From NCBI GenBank assembly GCA_027491735.1, contig JAOZGP010000018.1, positions 1-39,864 on the forward strand: DNA of 39,864 nucleotides, written 5' to 3'. The number at the start of each line of letters is the position of its first letter. The stretch's first letter is position 1. This stretch comes from Thermoproteota archaeon (GTDB taxonomy: Archaea; Korarchaeota; Korarchaeia; Korarchaeales; Korarchaeaceae). This document shows, one piece after another, positions 1 to 8,202 of the stretch. The notes under the pieces were generated by a model. It did not search any database. It had not been told where the DNA came from and saw only the letters and a program-made list of their open reading frames with translations. The position numbers and the translations under genes are program-made.

Positions 1-2
1 CT

Positions 3-977
3 CCGGCTATACAGATGACAGGACACAAGGTGACCTGATTCCACCTCAATGAGCTTGGGTTTTTCCTCCCTGCAGATCTCCTTGGCATAGGGGCACCTAG
101 GGTGGAAGCGGCAACCTGGCGGTGGATATATTAGATTAGGTATTGTGCCTGGTATTGGTTCTAACCTGAGCTCATGTTTTCTCTTTGCTATGTGAGGCAC
201 GGCCTTGAGCAGGCCGTTCGTGTAGGGGTGCATGGGTTTTCTGAACAAGGTGAACACATCGGTTATCTCCACGATGTTCCCTGCATACATTACTGCAACC
301 CTATCGCACATCTCAGCAACTAGGCCTAGGTTGTGGGTCACTAAGATCATAGTGAGCCCTCTACTTCTCTGAAGATTCCTCAAAAGATCCATTATCTGGG
401 CTTGTATCGTCACGTCAACAGCAGTTGTAGGCTCATCAGCTATGATCAGATCTGGCTCGCAGGCGAGTGATGTGGAGATTACTGCTCTCTGTCTCATTCC
501 ACCGCTCAGCTCATGAGGATACATGTTCGCTGTTCTCTCAGGTGAGGGCATCCTAGCTTCCCTCAATGCCTTTATAGCATGTTTTATCGCCTCCTTAAAC
601 GAGTTAACTAATTTGTGATGAAAGACAGGCTCTGCAACTTGATATCCTATCTTGAATATCGGATCCAAGGCCGTCATCGGCTCCTGAACTATGTAGCTTA
701 TCTTTTTTCCTCTTATCTCTCTCATCTCTTCCTCGGAGAGCTCTAGTAGATTCCTACCCTCAAAGAATATCCTCCCGGAGACTATTCTACCAGGGGGTGG
801 GATCAGCCTCAGTATGGACCTCATGGTGACGCTTTTTCCACAGCCTGTTTCGCCCACAAGACCAAAGCACTCTCCCCTAAGGACTGCGAAGGACACTCCC
901 TCTATCGCTTTGACCACTCCGGCGTATGTATAAAAGCGAACGATAAGGTCCTCAACCCTGAGAATCTCCTCAGACAT
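3..977 (-). CDS. dppD: Oligopeptide/dipeptide ABC transporter ATP-binding subunit (DppD/OppD type), stop codon lies just beyond the window edge
   Basis: Not in ORF track; manual translation from ATG 977 gives MSEEILRVEDLIVRFYTYAGVVKAIEGVSF...GETGCGKSVT (Walker A), ELSGGMRQR, IADEPTTAVDV, PGCRFHPRCPYA...GHLVSCHLY. Start overlaps the dppC stop. Confidence 0.93.
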   Translation of the reverse strand, partial: MSEEILRVEDLIVRFYTYAGVVKAIEGVSFAVLRGECFGLVGETGCGKSVTMRSILRLIPPPGRIVSGRIFFEGRNLLELSEEEMREIRGKKISYIVQEPMTALDPIFKIGYQVAEPVFHHKLVNSFKEAIKHAIKALREARMPSPERTANMYPHELSGGMRQRAVISTSLACEPDLIIADEPTTAVDVTIQAQIMDLLRNLQRSRGLTMILVTHNLGLVAEMCDRVAVMYAGNIVEITDVFTLFRKPMHPYTNGLLKAVPHIAKRKHELRLEPIPGTIPNLIYPPPGCRFHPRCPYAKEICREEKPKLIEVESGHLVSCHLYSR

Positions 978-2013
978 TTTGCTCCTCTCCCCTTCTCTCT
1001 ACCTTTTTCTTTTTCTTTTTCTCCTTCATTTTGAACTCAAGTCTGCGCCTGTATCTTGGATCGAGAACATCCCTGAGACCATCTCCTAGCAGATTAAACC
1101 CAAGAGCCCAGATGAACAATATGAATCCTGGTATCAGGGAATACCACCACTTCTGTGGTAGAAAGTTGAGCCCGTCGTAGACCAACCTGCCAAGCTCTGG
1201 AGTCGGTGGTTGAGCACCCAGACCTATGAAAGACAGACCAGCGCCCATCAGAACAACACCTGCCATGTCCATGGTCAGGTATATTATCACAGGAGTCAAC
1301 ACATTCGGTGCTATGTGCTTTATTATTATCTTAAAGTCGCTCATGCCTGCTGCCCTAGCTGCCTCGACGTAGAGGTTCTCTCTCACGCTCAGCACCTGTC
1401 CCCTTATCAGCCTGACATATCCTGGCCACCAGACAACGATCATTGCTATTATTGCTGACTCCATACCGGCTCCCAGGGACGCCGCCAATGCCATCGCTAA
1501 TATCAGTGAAGGAAAGGCAAAGAAGATATCAGTTACCCTGGATATAAGCTCATCCACTTTACCTCCGTAGTACCCAGCCACGAGTCCAAGTATTATTCCC
1601 AAGGGGACACCTAAGGTTATGACGGTAACTGCATACGCTAGAGATATCTGTAGTCCCAGCATACACCTAGCGAACATGTCTCTTCCGAACTCATCTGTAC
1701 CAAACCAGTGTCTCCACGACGGTGGCTGGAGGAGATCCATGCTGTAGTCGAAAGCATTAAACTCAGGTGTCTCTTTTATCATCTTGTGGACAGAAAGGAA
1801 GTTCATCAACTGCTCGGTACCTGACAGAACCTGTGGTGAGAAAAGGGCAAACACCATCATGAAGACCACTATGATCAGGCCTGCGACCGATATAGGTGAT
1901 CTCTTAAAGGCGTACCACATCAGTCCATATTCCTTCAGCTTGCTCTCGTTCTTCTCCTTCCAACTCTGGTATTTCCTCCTGAGAGGCCTGGGTAGTAGTC
2001 TGGAAAGACTCAT
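970..2013 (-). CDS. dppC: Oligopeptide/dipeptide ABC transporter permease (DppC/OppC type)
   Basis: HWFGTDEFGRD, YVEAARAAG EAA loop, LLGDGLRDVLDPR. Confidence 0.93.
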   Translation of the reverse strand: MSLSRLLPRPLRRKYQSWKEKNESKLKEYGLMWYAFKRSPISVAGLIIVVFMMVFALFSPQVLSGTEQLMNFLSVHKMIKETPEFNAFDYSMDLLQPPSWRHWFGTDEFGRDMFARCMLGLQISLAYAVTVITLGVPLGIILGLVAGYYGGKVDELISRVTDIFFAFPSLILAMALAASLGAGMESAIIAMIVVWWPGYVRLIRGQVLSVRENLYVEAARAAGMSDFKIIIKHIAPNVLTPVIIYLTMDMAGVVLMGAGLSFIGLGAQPPTPELGRLVYDGLNFLPQKWWYSLIPGFILFIWALGFNLLGDGLRDVLDPRYRRRLEFKMKEKKKKKKVERRGEEQNV

Positions 2014-2029
2014 TCTTGAAGCCCCCCTC

Positions 2030-3034
2030 TCAAAGCCTGACGCGTGGATCTAGGAAAGCGTACAGTAGATCCGCTATCAGGTTCATGATAAGGAAGGTAA
2101 GACCCATGAGGAAGGTCACCCCCATTATCGACGGGAAATCTAGCGCATAGGTGCACTGTAAACTGTACCTGCCGACTCCAGGCAGCGCAAATATCGTCTC
2201 AGTTATCACTGCCCCTCCCAAGAGACCTCCAAATTGAAGTGCAGCCACGGTGACTATGGGTATAAGAGCGTTCTTCATGGCGTGTTTCCAGACAATTATC
2301 CTCTCTGGTAAGCCCTTCATCATACAGAAATCTATGAAGTCTGAACCAAGGGTATCCAAGAGACTTCCACGCATGAGTCTAGCTATCACGGCCATGCCCG
2401 GTATGGATAGAGTCCAGGCGGGAAGAATAAAGTGTTTTAAATTATCTGTAAATGAGGAGAAATCACCGCACATCAGGGAGTCTAGTAAATAAAGACCTGT
2501 CACATGGCATTTTGGCTCTTTGCCTAAACCAAATCCTGGTAGCAGGTTGGTGTAGTAGAAAAAGATGTACTGCAGCACTATCGCCAAGAGGAAGTACGGC
2601 ATGGAGTATCCTATTATCGCTATTACCCTTATGGTCTGATCGATGATTGTGTTTTGCTTGGCAGCAGCTATAACTCCCAGGACTATGCCCTGAACTATTA
2701 TGAGGATCTCTCCCAGTATCGCCAGCTGTATTGTAACAGGATAATATGTCTCTAAATCTCGTATCACAGGTCTATTTGTCATCATTGATGTGCCCCAATG
2801 CCCCGTTAGGAGATCTCTTGTGTAGAGGAAAAATTGCTCCCATGGGGGCTTATCCAAGTAGAATTCTTTTTTAAGAACCTCTAAGACCTGTGGATTTACC
2901 TTATGAAAGAATGCATTTTTAGCGGGCATCGCTGGCACTACGTGGGAGACAATGAAGGTTATCAGAATCACGCCTATCAGCGTGGGTATCCAAGTGGCGA
3001 GTCTTCTCATTAGATAGTATTTGAATTCCGACAT
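2030..3034 (-). CDS. dppB: Oligopeptide/dipeptide ABC transporter permease (DppB/OppB type)
   Basis: KHAMKNALIP, GGAVITETIFALPGVG, DLLYAFLDPRVR. Start placed at ATG 3034 (MSEFKYY) rather than 3058. Confidence 0.92.
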   Translation of the reverse strand: MSEFKYYLMRRLATWIPTLIGVILITFIVSHVVPAMPAKNAFFHKVNPQVLEVLKKEFYLDKPPWEQFFLYTRDLLTGHWGTSMMTNRPVIRDLETYYPVTIQLAILGEILIIVQGIVLGVIAAAKQNTIIDQTIRVIAIIGYSMPYFLLAIVLQYIFFYYTNLLPGFGLGKEPKCHVTGLYLLDSLMCGDFSSFTDNLKHFILPAWTLSIPGMAVIARLMRGSLLDTLGSDFIDFCMMKGLPERIIVWKHAMKNALIPIVTVAALQFGGLLGGAVITETIFALPGVGRYSLQCTYALDFPSIMGVTFLMGLTFLIMNLIADLLYAFLDPRVRL

Positions 3035-3190
3035 CAGCCTATCAGGAGGGGGGTTCATAAAAAATCTTTATTCTTTCTAAAGGAATTCTAGGAGTTGGAG
3101 AACTGACTTTTCTCCGCTCACCGCTAAGCACATTCCCTTGTCCAGATTAATTAGCAGTTCCCCACACGAGATCTTCTAGCTAAATTGACG

Positions 3191-3213
3191 TAAATAAAAA
3201 GGAAAAAGAAGGG
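3191..3213 (-). terminator. Oligo-T archaeal terminator candidate after dppA
   Basis: Minus strand reads CCCTTCTTTTTCCTTTTTATTTA about 10 nt after the dppA stop. Confidence 0.55.
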
Positions 3214-3222
3214 TTAGGAATC

Positions 3223-5577
3223 TCATAGAACAGATTTAACGGCAGTTATTTCTTCGAACTCGACTGCGCCATCGCCGTTCTTGTCAACCCACTTGACTAT
3301 AACAAGCTTGGCGGATAAGGTCATCTGAGTAGCATACAGCAGAGCTGCCTCTGTTCCAAACCTGTTGGTTCCGGCCACGTACAGGTTGCCGTTCTTCAGC
3401 ATCACTACACCATAGTCCTCCTTACCCCATACGCTCTCATAGACTGTTTCGTTAACCTTCATGAAGCCTCTACCGAACTCTATACCCATGCCAGAGAAGG
3501 CCTTCTTAGTGAACGGGTTGGCCATCGGACCGCCGACGAACATGTTCACCTCCTGTGGACCAGTTACTACAGGCTTACCGGGCAGGTACTTGGAGACTAT
3601 CTCCTGATCCACCCCGGTGACAGCCACCACGGAGTACTTCTCGGAGGTGACAAAGTAGTTTATTCCGCTCTTATATACTGCCTTTATTCCCTCGAATCTG
3701 TAGCCACCCCACATCAGCGGATAAGCGTAGTCGTCGGGATCATTGTAATCGGGAGCCCATCCAAGGATGGCTACCTGGAAGTCGCCAGTGCCTATCTTCT
3801 TGAGATAGGTTGGCCAGGTGAGCGCCTGAGCCTTGACATGGAAACCGAGCTTACTCCAAGTGTTCTGAAGCACAGTAGCCATCATCTCACGGTTCTTGTT
3901 GCCCTGATTGTAGTAGATCGTTATTGTGTACTTGGAGGGATCCACTCCGGCCCTGGCCAAGAGATCCTTGGCCTTGGCAAGGTCGAGGTGATAGTGGAAC
4001 GGAACTTTGTCAGTCCAGCCGGGCATGCCTTTGGGTATGACGCCGGTTACAGGCATCAGGTGTCCTCTATATATAGCATTGATTATGAAGTCATAGTCCA
4101 CAGCCCATGCGAGGGCCTGCCTGACGAGGGTCTTGTCGAACGGATCCTTGCGGCAGTTAAGGTATACATGCACTATGTCGAACGTCGGTCCCAGCCAGGG
4201 CATCTCAAACTTCCAAGTCACTCCATTGTATATGTACTCCTTGCCCTCGAGTTTGTACTCGGATATCGCAGCCACAGCTCCAGTGTCAGCCTGACCCTTA
4301 GCGAGGGCCATTATCCTAGTCTCCTCCTCAGGCACTATTTTTATGTCAACCTCAGTCAGTTTTGGTTTCGGAGAGCCCCAGTAGTACGGGTTAGCCTTCA
4401 GAGTTATGTGATCCTGATGCTTCCACTCAACCAGGTAATAGGGACCGGAGCCACATGGGTGTTCGTGAAGGTATTTGAGGGCCAGAGGGTCGTCCTGAGT
4501 TGCATGTTTCTCAACGAAAGTTTTAGAAACTACATCTCCCAAGTTAGTGGCCAGACACGGAAGTATGGCTAAGTAGGGCCTCTTGAGCTCAACCTTGACG
4601 TAACCGGCTATCTTAGTGCAGTTGCTCTGCCAAGGCACGTAGGAGAACTTCGTCTTAAACAGGTTGTACCACTGGTCGAGAGAGGTGATGAAGTAGGTGG
4701 ATCCCAGCACTGGAGCGTAAGCTCCCTTACTTAAGGCAGCCTCCACCTCGCTTTTGTTGACAGTAACGGCCTTGTCTATGAAGTCAGCCAATATCCATTC
4801 GGGATAGTCAACCTTTGCGTAGTTAGCACTCTCAATTATCCTGTTTATCGAATAAGCCACATCCTCAGGTGTGAGCGAGTAGGTTGTCTTGTCCCATGGA
4901 TCATAGAACTTTATCCCATCCCTTACTGCCAGGTAGAGCGTCTTTCCATCGGGCGAAAGAGCCCAAGCATAAGCTACCATTGGAACTACGTGATAGGAGT
5001 CGTTACCCCAGTACCAAACTATTCTATCGTATATCTGCTCGTCGATCCCCCAACCACTAGTTTCATAGGTCTGAGCTGGGTCCAAGGATTCAGGGTCGCC
5101 TATATCGAGTATAATCAGTTTGTCGGGATTAGGTGCTTTGGGATCCTTCCACAGAGTGGGGTAATACTGAGCAGCAAGCACAGGGTTGAAGTAAGGAACG
5201 TGAAGCCAGTTCCAGCGGTGGGCCCTGGCCTTGGCTTGCCCAATCCATATTAGAGGAACTTCATAATTAGATATTGCTTGTATCACGTTGTACATCTTAG
5301 TCCTCAGCACGGGATCGGTCTCGTATTTGGCAGCGACCATGAGGGCATCAAGAGTTTTGTTTGTATAGAAGCCGGGACCTATGGTGCCAAAGGCTATCAG
5401 CTTATTCGGGTTCGGGGGTGTGGCCTTATCATAGCATACATAGAGACCAGGTATTTCAGGTATAGGGATACAGGTCCCTTCGTCAGTTCCCTGAGCAGCC
5501 ACGCCCTGTAAGGTCGGCCCTATTAGAAGGACTAGCACTACTGCGGTAACAACAAGCCACCTAACTACCTTATGCAT
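3223..5577 (-). CDS. dppA: Family-5 (peptide/nickel) ABC substrate-binding protein, circularly permuted, with C-terminal S-layer-like domain
   Basis: Signal peptide; DPESLDPA, GSGPYYLVEW, NPYYWG, PFDKTLVRQALAWAVD, GWAPDYNDPD; C-terminal FVGGPMANP...VAGTNRFGTEAA. Confidence 0.9.
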   Translation of the reverse strand: MHKVVRWLVVTAVVLVLLIGPTLQGVAAQGTDEGTCIPIPEIPGLYVCYDKATPPNPNKLIAFGTIGPGFYTNKTLDALMVAAKYETDPVLRTKMYNVIQAISNYEVPLIWIGQAKARAHRWNWLHVPYFNPVLAAQYYPTLWKDPKAPNPDKLIILDIGDPESLDPAQTYETSGWGIDEQIYDRIVWYWGNDSYHVVPMVAYAWALSPDGKTLYLAVRDGIKFYDPWDKTTYSLTPEDVAYSINRIIESANYAKVDYPEWILADFIDKAVTVNKSEVEAALSKGAYAPVLGSTYFITSLDQWYNLFKTKFSYVPWQSNCTKIAGYVKVELKRPYLAILPCLATNLGDVVSKTFVEKHATQDDPLALKYLHEHPCGSGPYYLVEWKHQDHITLKANPYYWGSPKPKLTEVDIKIVPEEETRIMALAKGQADTGAVAAISEYKLEGKEYIYNGVTWKFEMPWLGPTFDIVHVYLNCRKDPFDKTLVRQALAWAVDYDFIINAIYRGHLMPVTGVIPKGMPGWTDKVPFHYHLDLAKAKDLLARAGVDPSKYTITIYYNQGNKNREMMATVLQNTWSKLGFHVKAQALTWPTYLKKIGTGDFQVAILGWAPDYNDPDDYAYPLMWGGYRFEGIKAVYKSGINYFVTSEKYSVVAVTGVDQEIVSKYLPGKPVVTGPQEVNMFVGGPMANPFTKKAFSGMGIEFGRGFMKVNETVYESVWGKEDYGVVMLKNGNLYVAGTNRFGTEAALLYATQMTLSAKLVIVKWVDKNGDGAVEFEEITAVKSVL

Positions 5578-5645
5578 TCCTAGATCACCCTCCTGCGCTT
5601 CCGCAGGACTTCAGGCTTTCAGCCAACAACCTCTTAGGTGGATTT

Positions 5646-5662
5646 ATTTATTAAGTTTTTCC
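5646..5662 (-). promoter_or_regulatory. BRE/TATA promoter candidate for dppA
   Basis: Minus strand GGAAAAACTTAATAAAT upstream of the GGGTGA SD and ATG 5577. Confidence 0.5.
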
Positions 5663-5934
5663 GCGAAAGCGAGTCTTACTGAAGGAAGACCATAATTCAG
5701 GATGTGTTAATGAGAAGAAGATCAACATATCTCCGGTATCTGTACCTCAACCTACAGAAGATTTGGGTGGGCTCTCATATAATACAGTCAGTTGCTGATG
5801 GCTCTTTTCCAACGGAGTAACGCCTTTCACTCTTGCGTTGTAGGTGATCCTTTCATCTTCCCGTTGCTTGCAAGACCATTCCTTTGGGAAGAGGATACGC
5901 AAGAGGGCAGGTTGGTAGTTAAGCTTAAGTACAA

Positions 5935-6150
5935 AAGAACCTTTACAACTTCACGCTCTACACAGTAAGACGGTCTACCTTATCAACGAGAAATACTTAC
6001 AGTACGAGTCAGGCTTATCACTTGGTCAAGCACAACGGGAGTTACAAACTGCTTCCTTCATAAGTTGTACAGCAGACGATGAGGGTCATTGACGGAGCCA
6101 TGCATTCTTTATTCCATATCCTTAACAAGAGAAGGAAGGGAAACTACAAC
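5935..6150 (+). pseudogene. tnpB: Degraded N-terminal part of an IS200/IS605-family TnpB
   Basis: Joining frames gives KNLYNFTLYTVRR/YLINEKYLQYES/AYHLVKHNGSYKLLPS*VVQQTMRVIDGAMHSF/FHILNKRRKGNYN, matching the TnpB N-terminal pattern (KNLYN...LPSxVxQQ...SFF) with 3 frameshifts and a stop. Confidence 0.8.
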
Positions 6151-6435
6151 CGTTCAGTTTAGCTGTCGGAATATTTACCGAAAAGGAGGGCATGTTCAAG
6201 ATTAATGGGGATAAGCTAAGCCCGAATGGGCACAGGCTCTTGAAATATGAATGTGGTTTGAAAGCAGATAGAGATGTTGTTAGTAGTTGGAATATTAGGT
6301 TAAGAGGTTTGAAATCTTTAAAGATAGATGTGGGGAGTTCCGTTCCCCCCTGAAAACCCGTCGATGAGCGGAGATGGGAGGTTCTCCGCTACAAAAGTCT
6401 CGAAAGCTATAAAAGTAGCAGAGAACCAGAACAGG
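6150..6435 (+). mobile_element. Internally deleted TnpB-encoding element (IS607-like ends) carrying only the tnpB 3' end
   Basis: Begins CCGTTCAGTTTAGCTG and ends GCAGAGAACCAGAACAGG (imperfect inverted ends). Inside: GDKLSPNGHRLLKYECGLKADRDVVSSWNIRLRGLK, a TnpB zinc-ribbon/RuvC-III DRD..NI motif. IS607 assignment is from recalled end sequences. Confidence 0.7.
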
Positions 6436-6448
6436 CCAAACTCCTCAC

Positions 6449-6480
6449 GAAGCTCCACCCTTTAGAGTGGGGTAGTTCAC
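6449..6480 (+). mobile_element. IS200/IS605-type right end hairpin
   Basis: GAAGCTCCACCCTTTAGAGTGGGGTAGTTCAC: subterminal hairpin followed by TCAC. Confidence 0.75.
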
Positions 6481-6565
6481 TAATCTCTTAGCAAACGAGC
6501 TCTAGAGAGCTAGAAAAGCACTTTAGTTTAACATCGTATTGAACATATAATTTTAGGTGATATTG

Positions 6566-7822
6566 ATGAAGTTGCTCTTTCTCGTTTTAGATGGGGCCCC
6601 AGACGGTTTTAAAGGAGAGTCTTGCCTCGAAAAAGCCATAAAACCTAACCTGGATGGACTTGCATCAGAATCCCTGTGTGGACTCATGTACACGGTGGGG
6701 AGTGGCTATGCTCCAGAGAGTGATGTGGCAGTCATGTCTATACTTGGTTATAATCCTCACAGCCACTATACAGGTAGAGGTCCTATAGAGGCTGTAGGAG
6801 CAGGTCTGGAGTTCAGGGATGGATGGCTCGCCCTGAGAGCTAACTTCGCTACAGTAGATGAGAGCTTTAAGATAATAGACAGAAGAGCTGGAAGGGATAT
6901 CAGGCCTGAAGAGGCCAAGGAGCTTGCCTCTCTGATTGATGGCATGAGGATAGATGAATGTGAGGTCCGCATCAAAGCCACTATAGGACATAGAGCTGTG
7001 GTGGTTTTCAGATGTGAGGAGAAGCTTTGTGGAGAGATAAGCAACACTGATCCAGCTTACGAACGAGTCGGGAGGATAAGCACAAGCAGAAAGGAGTACA
7101 TCCCCTTCGTAGCAATATGTAAGCCTTTATTAGATGATGAAAGGGCTAAGCTCTCCGCTAAACTCGTGAACGAGTTCACGAGGAGGTGTTACGAGATCTT
7201 GGACTCTTCTGAGGTAAATGAGAGGAGGAGGGCTGAAGGAAGGCTGGCAGCCAATATACTCCTCATGAGGGACGCAGGATCAGAGCTCCCCAAGGTGGAA
7301 CCGATAAATAAAAAGTTTAGGAGATCTTTTGGTTTTATAGCTGAGATGCCTGTGGAGAAAGGGATAGCCAGGGTTCTGGATATGAGCGCGTGGGAGGTTC
7401 CATCTCCAACAGGAAATCTCGAGGAGGACCTCCCGTCCAGAGCTGAAGCAACCTTAGCTCTTATGGAGACTGTTGACGTCGCTTATGTCCACTTAAAGGG
7501 ACCTGACATTTACGGTCATGATGGTGATCTGGAAGGAAAGATCAAATCCATCGAGTTGATAGACTCTCTGTACGTCGGACCTGTGATGGAGAAACTGGAA
7601 GGTTCTGCCGTGCTTGTGACCTCGGACCATTCGACGCCTTGGTACCTCAGGTCCCACTCAGATGATCCCGTACCTACAATACTTCGTATACCTGGTATGA
7701 GAGGGGATCTCTCCACAAAGTTTTCGGAGAAGTCATGCAAGAACGGTTCTCTGGGGATCATAGATCACGGTTGGATGCTTCTACCCATGGTTTTCAAAAA
7801 GCTAGAGATGAAGGAGGGATGA
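6566..7822 (+). CDS. apgM: 2,3-bisphosphoglycerate-independent phosphoglycerate mutase (archaeal ApgM type)
   Basis: LVLDG, APESDVA (catalytic Ser), YTGRGPIEA, HLKGPDIYGHDGD, TSDHSTP, HSDDPVP; SD AGGTGA before ATG 6566. Confidence 0.92.
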   Translation: MKLLFLVLDGAPDGFKGESCLEKAIKPNLDGLASESLCGLMYTVGSGYAPESDVAVMSILGYNPHSHYTGRGPIEAVGAGLEFRDGWLALRANFATVDESFKIIDRRAGRDIRPEEAKELASLIDGMRIDECEVRIKATIGHRAVVVFRCEEKLCGEISNTDPAYERVGRISTSRKEYIPFVAICKPLLDDERAKLSAKLVNEFTRRCYEILDSSEVNERRRAEGRLAANILLMRDAGSELPKVEPINKKFRRSFGFIAEMPVEKGIARVLDMSAWEVPSPTGNLEEDLPSRAEATLALMETVDVAYVHLKGPDIYGHDGDLEGKIKSIELIDSLYVGPVMEKLEGSAVLVTSDHSTPWYLRSHSDDPVPTILRIPGMRGDLSTKFSEKSCKNGSLGIIDHGWMLLPMVFKKLEMKEG

Positions 7823-7860
7823 CCTCCTCTCATGTCTAAAAGGGATTTTACCTTCTGTCG

Positions 7861-8079
7861 CTAAGAAGGCCCGTCCATAAGGGCGGAGATGAATTAGGGG
7901 AGTTGGTGGTAGTTACTTTCTGTACTCAGACTTCGATGAAATATCGATGAGATCGTGGCTATACACTGCGGTCGGGGGCTGTAGTGACCCAGCCCGAAGG
8001 AGTGTGCATCACAAAGCTGCACACTACCCAACCTCCGTAAGGCTTCCGGTGGAAGCCCCCTAGAGGGCGAGGAGGTCAC
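7861..8079 (+). mobile_element. Non-autonomous IS200/IS605 mini-element with both ends and an omegaRNA-like structured 3' part, no protein
   Basis: Left end CTAAGAAGGCCCGTCCATAAGGGCGGAGATGAATTAG (7861-7897); right end GGAAGCCCCCTAGAGGGCGAGGAGGTCAC (8051-8079); internal stems 7976-7995, 8001-8025, 8041-8057. Confidence 0.7.
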
Positions 8080-8202
8080 TTGGGTAAACGAGGAGAATCT
8101 AACATGATTGTGAAAGAAGAAAAAGGTAGGAGCAGACCTCGAACAAGGAAATGTTTAGATCTCTGAACGGATATTTTCCAACGTTATGTCACTTGAAAGC
8201 CC

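Noticed and set aside
3838-4572. Long antisense ORFs (also 19853-20566, 25480-26139, 26875-27387 and others)
   Set aside because: Shadow frames opposite well-supported genes.
1-5577. Nickel transporter assignment because nikR is nearby
   Set aside because: nikR is 7 kb away and no Ni-specific residues or operator could be identified.
5830-5905. CTCTTGCGT/ACGCAAGAG inverted repeat as a structured RNA or IS left end
   Set aside because: A single 9-bp stem with a long loop in decayed mobile DNA; not assignable.
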